From: an uncultured Veillonellaceae bacterium
GTDB lineage: Bacteria > Bacillota > Negativicutes > JARBTT01
Assembly (NCBI GenBank): GCA_963805085.1
Contig: CAWDTA010000002.1
Span: 32,001-96,000, forward strand
Direction of reading: 5' to 3'
Length of the DNA stretch: 64,000 nt
Numbering within the stretch: position 1 is the stretch's first letter; each line of letters opens with the position of its first letter. A program made the position numbers and the translations under genes. Under the pieces are notes generated by a model. It was not told the DNA's origin. It searched no databases and worked only from the letters and a program-made list of their open reading frames with translations. Positions 21,128-29,661 of the stretch are shown piece after piece.

Positions 21128-21325
21128 TTACATCTGACATTTTAGTCCAAACTTTATTTGGTTATCCAACCCAAGAATTAATTTTTCCATATCAGCAGGA
21201 CTTAACTGATTAATCTCGCCCGTCCCAACATAATCACAGATAAATTGATGCACTTGAAACGAATAATATCCCATGGCGATCAATTTTTTTATTTGTTCTT
21301 GGATTTTCAAAGACTGATTACTCAT
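21128..21325 (-). CDS. Small hypothetical protein, first gene of the EPS operon
   Basis: 65-aa ORF with a strong GGGGAGG RBS, co-directional with the operon. Confidence 0.6.
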   Translation of the reverse strand: MSNQSLKIQEQIKKLIAMGYYSFQVHQFICDYVGTGEINQLSPADMEKLILGLDNQIKFGLKCQM

Positions 21326-21408
21326 TTGACAAACCTCCCCCTATAATTAGCAAGCATTATCTTGTCTCAGTCTTCTTACTTGGCGTTTCTCCTTGTTTCC
21401 TACTGCAC

Positions 21409-21484
21409 TTATATCGTAGCAAGTTTTAACATTTTTTGGTACTCTCTAAAGAGATAGGATCTTTCCTCTCTCTTCAGAGAGGAA
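21409..21484 (-). promoter_or_regulatory. Putative EPS operon promoter/operator (extended -10 TGcTACGAT; upstream CTATCTCTTTAGAGAGTAC box)
   Basis: Near-duplicate of 22322-22372: ttatatcgta.caa.tttt...ggtactctctaaa.agatagg; second palindrome ttcctctct-cttc-agagaggaa at 21463-21484. Confidence 0.6.
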
Positions 21485-21539
21485 GCAAATGTTTGCTGAG
21501 ATGCAACAAAAAAACCGGGAATTTATTCTTCCCGATTCT

Positions 21540-22232
21540 CTATAATCCGCTATCCATTCTGTCCCAATCGTACATTGCTATCAAATTTGATTGAATGGCA
21601 TAAGCAATCGCTTGCCCACGATTTTCTAGGTGCAGACGTCCCATAATCTCATTCATATGATACTTTACAGTATTTCCGCTAATGTTCAGCGCTGCCGCAA
21701 TTTCCTTGTAAGTTTGTCCATGAGCGACATGGGCCAAAACCTCCTTCTGCCGAGGAGTCAGCAGATTTCCCACCTTTTCGCAATTTACAGGCACTACGAA
21801 ATTTTTATCATTCTGCCTCATAATCAACTCCTGCAACAGATGGTCGGCTAATCCCGGTGAAAAGACGATTTTTCCTCTTACCACCTCTTCCAGCATCGCC
21901 AAAAATTCTTTTGTCTCCAAGTTCTTCAGTAAAAATCCTGATACACCACTCCGAATGGCTTCAAATACCAGGTGATCCTCATCAATCAATGTCAACATCA
22001 CAATTTTCATTTCAGGAAATTTAGCTTTTATCAGACGAGTAGTCGCCAGACCATCACACCCCGAAATGTGAATGTCCATTAATACCACATCAGGTTGAAA
22101 CTTTCTTGCTGCCCTAACGGCTTCCACACCATCTTGAGCTGTACCCACTACTGTGATACCATTGATTTGAAGCAAAGCTTCCAGCGCGCTTACGAACAAT
22201 GAATGATCATCCATAAGTAATACTTTCATCAT
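21540..22232 (-). CDS. NarL/LuxR-family response regulator (no adjacent kinase)
   Basis: REC domain (DDH, PDVVLMDI, FLLK) and LuxR HTH (LTPRQKEVL...TYKEIA...TVKYH). Confidence 0.9.
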   Translation of the reverse strand: MMKVLLMDDHSLFVSALEALLQINGITVVGTAQDGVEAVRAARKFQPDVVLMDIHISGCDGLATTRLIKAKFPEMKIVMLTLIDEDHLVFEAIRSGVSGFLLKNLETKEFLAMLEEVVRGKIVFSPGLADHLLQELIMRQNDKNFVVPVNCEKVGNLLTPRQKEVLAHVAHGQTYKEIAAALNISGNTVKYHMNEIMGRLHLENRGQAIAYAIQSNLIAMYDWDRMDSGL

Positions 22233-22321
22233 GACTATCCTTTCCTTATCTTACTATTTTAAAAATTCACCAATGCTTCTATCACCGTCCTCTTTATCTG
22301 CTTTCCCTTGATTTCTCACAG

Positions 22322-22396
22322 TTATATCGTAACAATTTTTTCCATCTTTAGGTACTCTCTAAATAGATAGGGTATAACTATCTTTTTAGAGAGTAC
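22322..22396 (-). promoter_or_regulatory. Putative promoter and inverted-repeat operator of the response regulator gene
   Basis: gtactctctaaatagatag-ggtataa-ctatctttttagagagtac (19-bp arms, 1 mismatch) next to an extended -10 TGtTACGAT on the minus strand. Confidence 0.6.
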
Positions 22397-22466
22397 ACAT
22401 TGTTCGTTACTTATACGCAATAAGATCATAAAAATATTTTCAAGTTAAAAGACCATGGGAAGGTGG

Positions 22467-22986
22467 GAAACCACTAAAAAATGACCATTTTTTAAGTCAC
22501 TAGAATATTTTTATATTTTATAATTGTTTGATGGACATTATTTTCTAAAATCCGGAGTAAATATTCGAAGAAAAAGGATACTTGAGCTACTTGCCAAAGC
22601 TGTAAGCTTGGTTTGCAGATTCATACTTATTAGACCATACCCTCAGGCACGGTCTAATCCATGAAAACGTTTCATTTCGCCATTTTTCCATTCATGGCTG
22701 GCATGTTTTTATATTTTTCCTTAAATTCGGATGTCTTTGCTGGACGACCACAATGCTTGCTGTAGTAACAACCCTCAAGTAATTTATTTATAAAACTGAA
22801 ATCTACTACTTTATCTATGTTTTTAAGTAGGTAATCATCGGATATTTTGTCATATAAAATTGAATATAAGCCTAATTGTTTCGATGTAGATTTAAGCATA
22901 CTAAAACCCCACTTCTTTAACACAGCAATATGTTTATTATACCAAAAATGGATTATATTTACTATACCTTTAGCTTTTTCAAACAG
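22467..22986 (-). mobile_element. Internally deleted IS1182-family (IS5-like) transposase remnant
   Basis: N-terminus MLK...YDKISDDYLLKNIDKVVDFSFINKLL...GRPAK (ATG 22899) joined directly to C-terminal FKEKYK / SHEWKNGEMKRFHGLDRA*GYGL with a frameshift and stop; ends approximate. Confidence 0.7.
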
Positions 22987-23139
22987 ATTCATCGTTCTGA
23001 ACTCAATCACAAATTCTTCCGACATCCACTTGATGTTATCTCAGTTGGCGATGTCATCGACGTGATGTTCATCAGCATTGATGCTGATAGAAACCGAATT
23101 GGGCTAAGTTTAAAGCAAGTGGAAAAGATAGATAAATAA
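22987..23139 (+). pseudogene. tex: Orphan 3' fragment of a tex/yhgF-like gene (C-terminal S1 domain)
   Basis: IHRSELNHKFFRHPLDVISVGDVIDVMFISIDADRNRIGLSLK matches the end of the Tex S1 domain; no 5' part; followed by a terminator. Confidence 0.65.
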
Positions 23140-23140
23140 T

Positions 23141-23194
23141 AACAAAAGACTGTCGTCAGCAATATAATTATATCGCTGATGACAGTCTTTTGTT
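23141..23194 (+). terminator. Rho-independent terminator after the tex fragment
   Basis: aacaaaagactgtcgtcagc...gctgatgacagtcttttgtt inverted repeat. Confidence 0.75.
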
Positions 23195-23315
23195 ACGGAA
23201 AAGTAGTCTGCTCTCTGTTGATATTACATAATGACCTACGTAATATATTGGTCACCTTTCAATGCTCGATTAGTGCACAAAAATTTCCACAAAGATCATC
23301 TATCTTATTATGTTT

Positions 23316-23343
23316 CACGCCGTTGTCACCATTTGCATATACT
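23316..23343 (+). promoter_or_regulatory. Putative sigma-K-type promoter
   Basis: cAC-N17-CATATACT fits the sigma-K consensus AC-N16/17-CATAnnnT. Confidence 0.4.
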
Positions 23344-23382
23344 AGGGTGAAAGCAATTTTTTTAAAAGATGGCAATAATATT

Positions 23383-23859
23383 ATGTCATGGGATGAATGT
23401 GATGGATGGAATGAATGTCATAAGTGTCCTGTTGGACCTACAGGAGCCACAGGTGCTACAGGTGTTACAGGTACTGGGATTTCATTTGACTGCGCAGACG
23501 TGACTCCAACTATTTTAACAGCAGTTGATCCAACAGATCTCATTGCAACAGTAGCAGTTAATGTTGCTTCAACGAGCGATAACGTTTGGTTAACTGCCTA
23601 TGTAACTTGGACTCCAAGTGCTGCAAGTCCTACAATGACATTCACGATTGTGCGCGATGATGGTGTAGTAATAGCAACTGCAAGTGATACACCAGTGTCA
23701 GCCAATAGTCCAATTACCACTGCGTTGGTTGGTTGTGATGACACGCCGCTTGCAGGATCTCATTCCTACACGTTAATAGCTGCAGGGAATGGTCTCACAG
23801 GTGGGCAAACGATTACCATAAATCAAGGCACACTCACGGCGGCAGATATGGTCTCATAA
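23383..23859 (+). CDS. Short collagen-like (GXT) protein, probably spore surface/exosporium
   Basis: Cys-rich N-terminus, GPTGATGATGVTGTG, Thr/Val-rich beta-type C-terminal domain; the longer ORF-track start crosses a terminator. Confidence 0.65.
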   Translation: MSWDECDGWNECHKCPVGPTGATGATGVTGTGISFDCADVTPTILTAVDPTDLIATVAVNVASTSDNVWLTAYVTWTPSAASPTMTFTIVRDDGVVIATASDTPVSANSPITTALVGCDDTPLAGSHSYTLIAAGNGLTGGQTITINQGTLTAADMVS

Positions 23860-23876
23860 CAAAGTTACCTCTCTAA

Positions 23877-23911
23877 ACAAGAGTTAGGAGTCCAAACTTC
23901 CAACTCTTGTT
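23877..23911. terminator. Hairpin between convergent genes
   Basis: aacaagagttaggag...cttccaactcttgtt. Confidence 0.6.
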
Positions 23912-23962
23912 ATAATTGCAATTCAAACTTAAGCATTAAATTTAGATTAAAAATTATTATTT

Positions 23963-24523
23963 TTATTGATATAAGGTTCGGTATAAGTCAACAATCCCAA
24001 ATAAAATAAAGATTGTTGCGGCAACCCATTTTACTGTGCGTTCAGGAATTTGCTTACCTAAAACAATGCCGATGATGATACCAAACGCATCAGCAATCAT
24101 CATACCAGTCGTAGTGCCCATCCACACTGGTAAAATGCACTGAAACTGCGCCGCAAGAGAAATCGTCGCGAGTTGTGTTTTATCGCCCATCTCCGCCATA
24201 AAAAACGCAATCGCCACCGTCAAAAACGGACCACACTGTCGATCTTTATCCTCACCATCTAATTTATCACCACGGATTGTCCATAACCCAAATAAAATAA
24301 ATGAGATCGCCGCCGCAATATTGATATATTGCATTGGAATAAAATTCGTTAAATAAGCCCCTACTGCAACTGCTAAAAAATGATTAAATATCGTAGCAAT
24401 AAAAACCCCCCATATTACCGTCTGCCAACGATATTTTGTCGCAAATGCCATTGCTAATAATTGCGTTTTGTCACCCATTTCTGCTAATACTACAAAGACT
24501 AGCGAAGTTAAAAATGCTGTCAT
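23963..24523 (-). CDS. TMEM165/GDT1 (UPF0016) Mn2+/Ca2+ exporter
   Basis: Two copies of the AEMGDKTQL motif. Confidence 0.92.
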   Translation of the reverse strand: MTAFLTSLVFVVLAEMGDKTQLLAMAFATKYRWQTVIWGVFIATIFNHFLAVAVGAYLTNFIPMQYINIAAAISFILFGLWTIRGDKLDGEDKDRQCGPFLTVAIAFFMAEMGDKTQLATISLAAQFQCILPVWMGTTTGMMIADAFGIIIGIVLGKQIPERTVKWVAATIFILFGIVDLYRTLYQ

Positions 24524-24561
24524 AGATTTTCTCCCCTTATAAAATTTTTATCTATAAAAAT

Positions 24562-24617
24562 AAAAAAGCGAGACCTTTAGCGTGATAAATAAATATCACG
24601 CTAAAGGTCTCGCTTTT
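24562..24617 (-). terminator. Riboswitch expression-platform terminator
   Basis: Long hairpin gcgagacctttagcgtgata...tatcacgctaaaggtctcgc followed by a U-tract on the minus strand; overlaps the aptamer 3' strand. Confidence 0.8.
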
Positions 24618-24696
24618 GATATGGCTATCAAATGAATAAACCAGATAACAAAGTTATCAGTATGTTGACTTATTCCGTTGAGCTACTCCCCTTTAG
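24601..24696 (-). ncRNA. yybP-ykoY (Mn2+) riboswitch
   Basis: Minus strand reads CTAAAGGGGAGTAGC...GTCAACATAC...GCGAGACCTTTAG, upstream of a TMEM165 gene. Confidence 0.88.
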
Positions 24697-24883
24697 TAAG
24701 GTATGAAACTTATATTAGTTTATCTGAAATAAAATTGCTTGTCAACAGTTGCCCTGACTATGGTTTTAAAATTTCTTTGATTAGAAAATTTTTCTTACTT
24801 TATTTTTACATTCTCTTTATTCATTTTCTACAATTCTTGCTATAATAGAATAATGTAAATTTTTATTCTTAGGGAGGCAATCA

Positions 24884-26926
24884 ATGAACTTACTTAAACA
24901 AACACTTTCTCGCATCACTCCACCAGACGAAGCAGCTATGCAATATGCCAGAAATCGTCTTGATACAATAACCAAGCCGCAACAAGGCTTTGGCTATTTA
25001 GAAAATATATTAATCAAATACGCTGGTATTACCGGGCAAAACATGCCCAAAGTTCCGAAAAAATGCACCATCGTTGTTTGCGCTGATCATGGCGTTGCTG
25101 AAATGGGAGTAAGTGCTTATCCCGTTGAAACAACCGTACAAATGACCAGAAACTATCTTGTCGCAAAAGGTGCTGTTGCCAATGCACTCTCCAATTTTTC
25201 CGGTGCACACATGATTGTCGTCGATATGGGGATTGCGACTTCAATGGAAGACCTACCGGGACTCATCGATCGAAAGATTGGCTATGGAACAAAAAACATG
25301 GCAAAAGGGCCTGCTATGACACGTGAGCAAGCAATTGAAGCGTTAACAACAGGTATTGAACTAGTCAATGAATACACTAAACAGGGCTATCAATGTTTCT
25401 TGCCTGGTGAGATGGGGATTGCCAATACGACCGCCAGTGCAGCCATTGTTGCAACGTTCGGCAACCTCACACCAGAACAAGCAACTGGTCGCGGTACAAA
25501 TATTTCCGACGAACGGTTAAAAGTAAAAATCGACGTTGTTCGTCAAGCACTAAAAGTAAACAAGCCCAATGCCGCTGATGGAATCGATGTTCTGGCAAAA
25601 GTCGGTGGTTTTGAACTCGGTTGTATCGCTGGTATCATGATTGGTGCAGCAGCTAACAACTGCGTGGTAATGCTCGACGGCTTTAATACTGGCGTTGCCG
25701 CTTTAATCGCCAATAGCATTTGCCCACTCGTGAGACATTACTTAATTGGTTCCCATCTCTCTGCCGAACCAGCCCACAAAAAAATGCTAGAACTCTTAGG
25801 CTTAAAACCATATATCAATATGAATTTCCGCCTTGGTGAAGCAACGGGTTCGTCGATTGCGATCAACTTCCTAGACGTTGCTATTAAAACTTATACCAAT
25901 AGTACAACCTGTAATGAAGCTAATTTCACAATAAGAACAGCGAAAAATCTTGCATTGGAAGAAGCTCGCGAGCAGTTTGAGCAAACGATTGCTAAGATAC
26001 AGCCATTAGATGCCAAATCAATGGAAACCTGTAGTCTTTATGTCGACAACCTGACCAAACCAATTCACAGTCTTGGTGCAATCGAAGATTTAGCGATTAA
26101 AAGTGCGGGTATCACCGCGAACCCAAAACCAAATAATCTGCGTAAAACAATTTTACTGTTTATGAACAATGCTGAAACTACCGGAAACAGCGTGAGTTAT
26201 CGCACTCATGATTTTAGTGCAATTCAGACCTTTGCTAAACATGCCGAGGCAGAATTACTCCTAATTGACCTTGATCTGCCAAAGGAAGTAACCGACTTAA
26301 ACAACGTCCGTAATGAATTACAAACCCCAACAATGTCACCAGAACAAATGATGCAAGCGATTGAAATGGGTATGAACATCGCGAATGAGCAAGCTAGCAA
26401 AGGCATGAATATCATCGGTCTTGGTGATAATGGAACCAGTAATCATACGCGCTCTGCTGCGATCCTATTTGCTTATACTGAGCAATCCTTTGATAACACG
26501 TCTAGTCATCAGCTAGATATAACAAATCCACTTGATGTACTGAATCAATTAGGTGATGCTGAACTAGCCGCCCTCGTAGGTGCAATCATCGCCAGTGCAA
26601 GCAATCATTGTGCGATCATTCTGGATAACTTCACCACGAGCATTGCCGCACTACTCTCTGTAAAAATCGCCCCAAAGGTCAAAGACTATCTCATCGCCTC
26701 ACAACTCTCCCCAGATCCAGCGCATAAACTAACGCTTAGCCTGCTAGATCTGCCGCTCTCTCTAAACCTAGATATGTCCATTGGGCAAGGTTGCGCAAGC
26801 GCTCTAGGCATGAAATTGCTAGATGCTAGTATGCATATGCTTAACGATATGAAAACCTTTGGACAAGCCGCAGTAGCCGTTGCTAACGATGGACCCGGCG
26901 CAGCTAGGCAAAGCAAAAATATATAA
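24884..26926 (+). CDS. cobT: Fused two-domain CobT-family phosphoribosyltransferase (ArsA-ArsB type)
   Basis: Domain 1: ADHGV, SAYPVETT.QMT.NYL, GEMGIANTT, KVGGFELG, RLGEATG. Domain 2: VDNLTKP..SL...HMLNDMKTFG.A.VAVA.DGPGA.RQ. Confidence 0.85.
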   Translation: MNLLKQTLSRITPPDEAAMQYARNRLDTITKPQQGFGYLENILIKYAGITGQNMPKVPKKCTIVVCADHGVAEMGVSAYPVETTVQMTRNYLVAKGAVANALSNFSGAHMIVVDMGIATSMEDLPGLIDRKIGYGTKNMAKGPAMTREQAIEALTTGIELVNEYTKQGYQCFLPGEMGIANTTASAAIVATFGNLTPEQATGRGTNISDERLKVKIDVVRQALKVNKPNAADGIDVLAKVGGFELGCIAGIMIGAAANNCVVMLDGFNTGVAALIANSICPLVRHYLIGSHLSAEPAHKKMLELLGLKPYINMNFRLGEATGSSIAINFLDVAIKTYTNSTTCNEANFTIRTAKNLALEEAREQFEQTIAKIQPLDAKSMETCSLYVDNLTKPIHSLGAIEDLAIKSAGITANPKPNNLRKTILLFMNNAETTGNSVSYRTHDFSAIQTFAKHAEAELLLIDLDLPKEVTDLNNVRNELQTPTMSPEQMMQAIEMGMNIANEQASKGMNIIGLGDNGTSNHTRSAAILFAYTEQSFDNTSSHQLDITNPLDVLNQLGDAELAALVGAIIASASNHCAIILDNFTTSIAALLSVKIAPKVKDYLIASQLSPDPAHKLTLSLLDLPLSLNLDMSIGQGCASALGMKLLDASMHMLNDMKTFGQAAVAVANDGPGAARQSKNI

Positions 26927-26943
26927 AAATTGATGCTAAAAAC

Positions 26944-27097
26944 AAACAGATGAATTGCACAAGAAAAATTTTTCAACCAAGGCAATGTAGACGAATCATA
27001 CTATCTCGTAGCTTTGAAGGCTTTCTGTCTGACCGCAGGGAGTTTGAGAGATTCGTTTCTTGCCGACTTATTCTTTTTCATTGCAATTCATCTGTTT
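26944..27097. repeat. Dispersed structured repeat family A, copy 1
   Basis: Terminal IR aaacagatgaattgca/tgcaattcatctgttt; homologous to 45187-45371. Confidence 0.85.
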
Positions 27098-27123
27098 TAG
27101 GATAAGCTAATATTTCTCATTTC

Positions 27124-27708
27124 TTATTTTACTAATATCGCATCAATCAGCTGATCGCCTCGCTCGATGAAATCAGCTATTTTTTTGTTTAACTTTACAG
27201 CCAGCTCTTCATCATCGCGTAATAGCGAAATATTAAGCTCAGCAATTAATATCGCCCCTTGCAAAGCCGTATGACAACTCATCGCAGCAAACTGAATATC
27301 ACAAAGAATATTAGGAAGCGCTTTGGGACGCAATTTTTTTGCTGTTGCCAAAGCTTCTATACAAGCATCAGCAATCGATACTGGTACATCAATGGCTTGA
27401 AGCAACACCTCATTCCACTCCTCACTATTCCCATCAGCCCCCACTACAGTCAAGGCCGGCAAAGCCTGCTCCAATACCTCGGCATCGCGGTTAATCAAAC
27501 CTTCGAGTAACACATGCAACCGACCAAGTTCAATATTGAGTACTGCAAACTCACTACCATCAGCTTGTCCTTGACTACACAAATCGCTGGCCATCTTCAA
27601 TAAACTAACTCCTGTCAATCCGATCAAAGCCGCCCCACTACCACTCCCCGGATCCCCATTTCCCGCCAGCTTTGCAAAAAAATTATGTACACTCAAATTC
27701 GTAAGCAT
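27124..27708 (-). CDS. Cyclodeaminase/cyclohydrolase (FTCD C-terminal/FchA-like) family protein
   Basis: F..KLA...PGSGSGAAL.G..G..L..M N-terminus; A.DVP; GA.L...LNI. Confidence 0.75.
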   Translation of the reverse strand: MLTNLSVHNFFAKLAGNGDPGSGSGAALIGLTGVSLLKMASDLCSQGQADGSEFAVLNIELGRLHVLLEGLINRDAEVLEQALPALTVVGADGNSEEWNEVLLQAIDVPVSIADACIEALATAKKLRPKALPNILCDIQFAAMSCHTALQGAILIAELNISLLRDDEELAVKLNKKIADFIERGDQLIDAILVK

Positions 27709-27736
27709 ATCTTTCCCTCCAATTCAGTCTGTAGAA

Positions 27737-27966
27737 AAACTATGGACAGACAGGCTGCGGGTCGGCGATAAGCACTCATCTGCGCCCTCCGACAAGGTGC
27801 TGTTCGTCGACGTACGAAAGTACGACTCCTTCGCACCCCCTTACTGTTCCTAGCATCTGAGCACTTCTCACCAACCGGCAACCTACCTTCGTACTAGTTT
27901 ATAAGTGGAGCGGATTTAGATATTTTCTAAATCATCGACACAAATATTTTATTTTGACGACAGCCT
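27737..27966 (-). repeat. Dispersed structured repeat family B (MITE/REP-like), copy 1, 230 bp
   Basis: Reverse complement of 35926-36155 with about 12 substitutions and no indels (hand count). Confidence 0.9.
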
Positions 27967-27995
27967 AAGAGCTGTTGCTTAACGCAACAGCTCTT
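27967..27995 (-). terminator. Terminator after fakA
   Basis: aagagctgttgc-ttaac-gcaacagctctt. Confidence 0.7.
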
Positions 27996-28006
27996 TATCA
28001 TTCCAC

Positions 28007-29635
28007 TTATTCTACACTAATTAAAAAATAATAATTTGGCTGCCCACCAGCATACACTTCTACCTCTACCGCGGGCATTGCTTCCGCAAGCTCCTTCGCA
28101 ATCGCTTGAGCTTGCGTTTCCTCTAACTCGCCACCATAGTAAAGACTGACAAGCTCACTCGTATCATCTACAATTGCTTTTACGGTATTCACCAAAGTAC
28201 GGTTCATTTCTGTACCGTAAACTTTTACTTTACCGCTGATCACACCAATATACGAGCCTTCTTTTACTAGATCTTCGCCAACTTTACTGTCGCGAACCGC
28301 CATTGTCAGACTAGCGTCTTTCACCTTGGCAATGGAAGCAGTCATCTTTTTCACATTTTCAGCAAAATCAGCAGTTTCATCATAGGCAACAAGTGCAGCC
28401 AAGCCCTGTGGCGTATTAGCTGTTGACACAATTTCAACACGATCGCCTAGTAATTTTTTCACTTGTGCCGCAGCCAAGATAATATTGCTATTGTTCGGTA
28501 AAATAATATATTTCTCAGCGACATCACTATGTACAGCATCAATGAACTCTTCTACCGCTGGATTCATACTCTGCCCACCGGGAATCGTGATATGTGCCCC
28601 AAGGTTTTCCATGATCCCAGCTAAACCATCCCCAGCAGCAACAGAAATAATTGCTGTTTTCATTTTTGACTTAGTATTCGCTTTAGAAACCAACGTCGTA
28701 CGATGTTGATCTGCCATGTTATCGATTTTAATGTCATGTAACGTACCCCAGCCTACTGCACATTCCAAAACCAATCCAGGGTGCCCCGTATGAATATGTA
28801 CCTTCAATACTTCGCCACCGTCAGCAATCACGATAGAGTCTCCCATTTCATCAAGGACACGCCTTGCTTCTGCTACCGTAACTTTCGTATTTTTTACCAT
28901 GAATTCCGTACAATAAGGCCGCGCAATTTCAAACTCCACTTGTGGCATGATCTTAGCCGCTTTATAGCTCATTTCAAAATCAACATTCGGCGAAGCAAAT
29001 TCACCGCCTAGCCCTTGCAGGCAACCTTGTAAAAATACGATTAATCCCTGACCACCAGCATCTACTACTCCTGCGGCTTTCAACGCTGGTAATAAATCTG
29101 GCGTACGTTTTAATTCAACATTACCAGCTTCAATGGCTGCTTCTAAAATATCAGAAATAGGCAGATCAGACCGAACTGCATGGTACGCACCTTTGGCAAT
29201 GCCCTTTGCCACTGTTAAAATTGTACCCTCTACCGGTTTAGATACACAGCGATATGCATATAATACTCCATATTGAAAGGCTTTTCCTAGTCCAGCCGAC
29301 GTAACTTCATGTTTGCCAGCAAGGCCACGACCAAGCCCGCGAAAAATTTGCGATAAAATAACACCGGAGTTTCCCCGTGCTCCCATAATCGCGCTATCAG
29401 CCGCGCGTTTTGCAATCGAGCCAATTCCTTCTTCTTGCGCTTCAGACACTGCACGTGCCACTGCACCTAACGTACGAAGCATATTAGTGCCAGTATCTCC
29501 GTCGGGTACGGGAAAAACATTTAATTCATTAATTCTTTCATGCTCCCGCGAAAACTCATTATAGGCACCAGAAATCATCCGTTTGAAATCATTGCCCGTA
29601 ATCACTTCTTTATTCATTTCTTTATTGCCTGTCAT
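28007..29635 (-). CDS. fakA: Fatty acid kinase ATP-binding subunit (DAK2 domain, YloV)
   Basis: INELNVFPVPDGDTGTNM, GARGNSGVILSQ, PVEGTILTV, GVVDAGG, YCTEF, GGQSMNP, GGQP.Y. Confidence 0.9.
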   Translation of the reverse strand: MTGNKEMNKEVITGNDFKRMISGAYNEFSREHERINELNVFPVPDGDTGTNMLRTLGAVARAVSEAQEEGIGSIAKRAADSAIMGARGNSGVILSQIFRGLGRGLAGKHEVTSAGLGKAFQYGVLYAYRCVSKPVEGTILTVAKGIAKGAYHAVRSDLPISDILEAAIEAGNVELKRTPDLLPALKAAGVVDAGGQGLIVFLQGCLQGLGGEFASPNVDFEMSYKAAKIMPQVEFEIARPYCTEFMVKNTKVTVAEARRVLDEMGDSIVIADGGEVLKVHIHTGHPGLVLECAVGWGTLHDIKIDNMADQHRTTLVSKANTKSKMKTAIISVAAGDGLAGIMENLGAHITIPGGQSMNPAVEEFIDAVHSDVAEKYIILPNNSNIILAAAQVKKLLGDRVEIVSTANTPQGLAALVAYDETADFAENVKKMTASIAKVKDASLTMAVRDSKVGEDLVKEGSYIGVISGKVKVYGTEMNRTLVNTVKAIVDDTSELVSLYYGGELEETQAQAIAKELAEAMPAVEVEVYAGGQPNYYFLISVE

Positions 29636-29661
29636 ACTTTCACCACCATGCTCTATCATCT

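Noticed and set aside
22672-23025. 117-aa minus-strand ORF as a real gene
   Set aside because: A chimera of tex antisense sequence, the IS end and the deleted transposase
23179-23382. N-terminal extension of the collagen-like ORF in the ORF track
   Set aside because: It begins within the terminator and spans the putative promoter; ATG 23383 is more plausible
24720-24883. Cobalamin riboswitch upstream of the cobT fusion
   Set aside because: The region is AT-rich with no B12-box or GGGAA/GCCACTG motifs
27693-27881. 62-aa ORF
   Set aside because: Lies within non-coding repeat B
27737-27966. Riboswitch or T-box upstream of the cyclodeaminase gene
   Set aside because: The same sequence occurs inverted at a gene 3' end elsewhere, so it is a dispersed repeat; no riboswitch consensus was recognised
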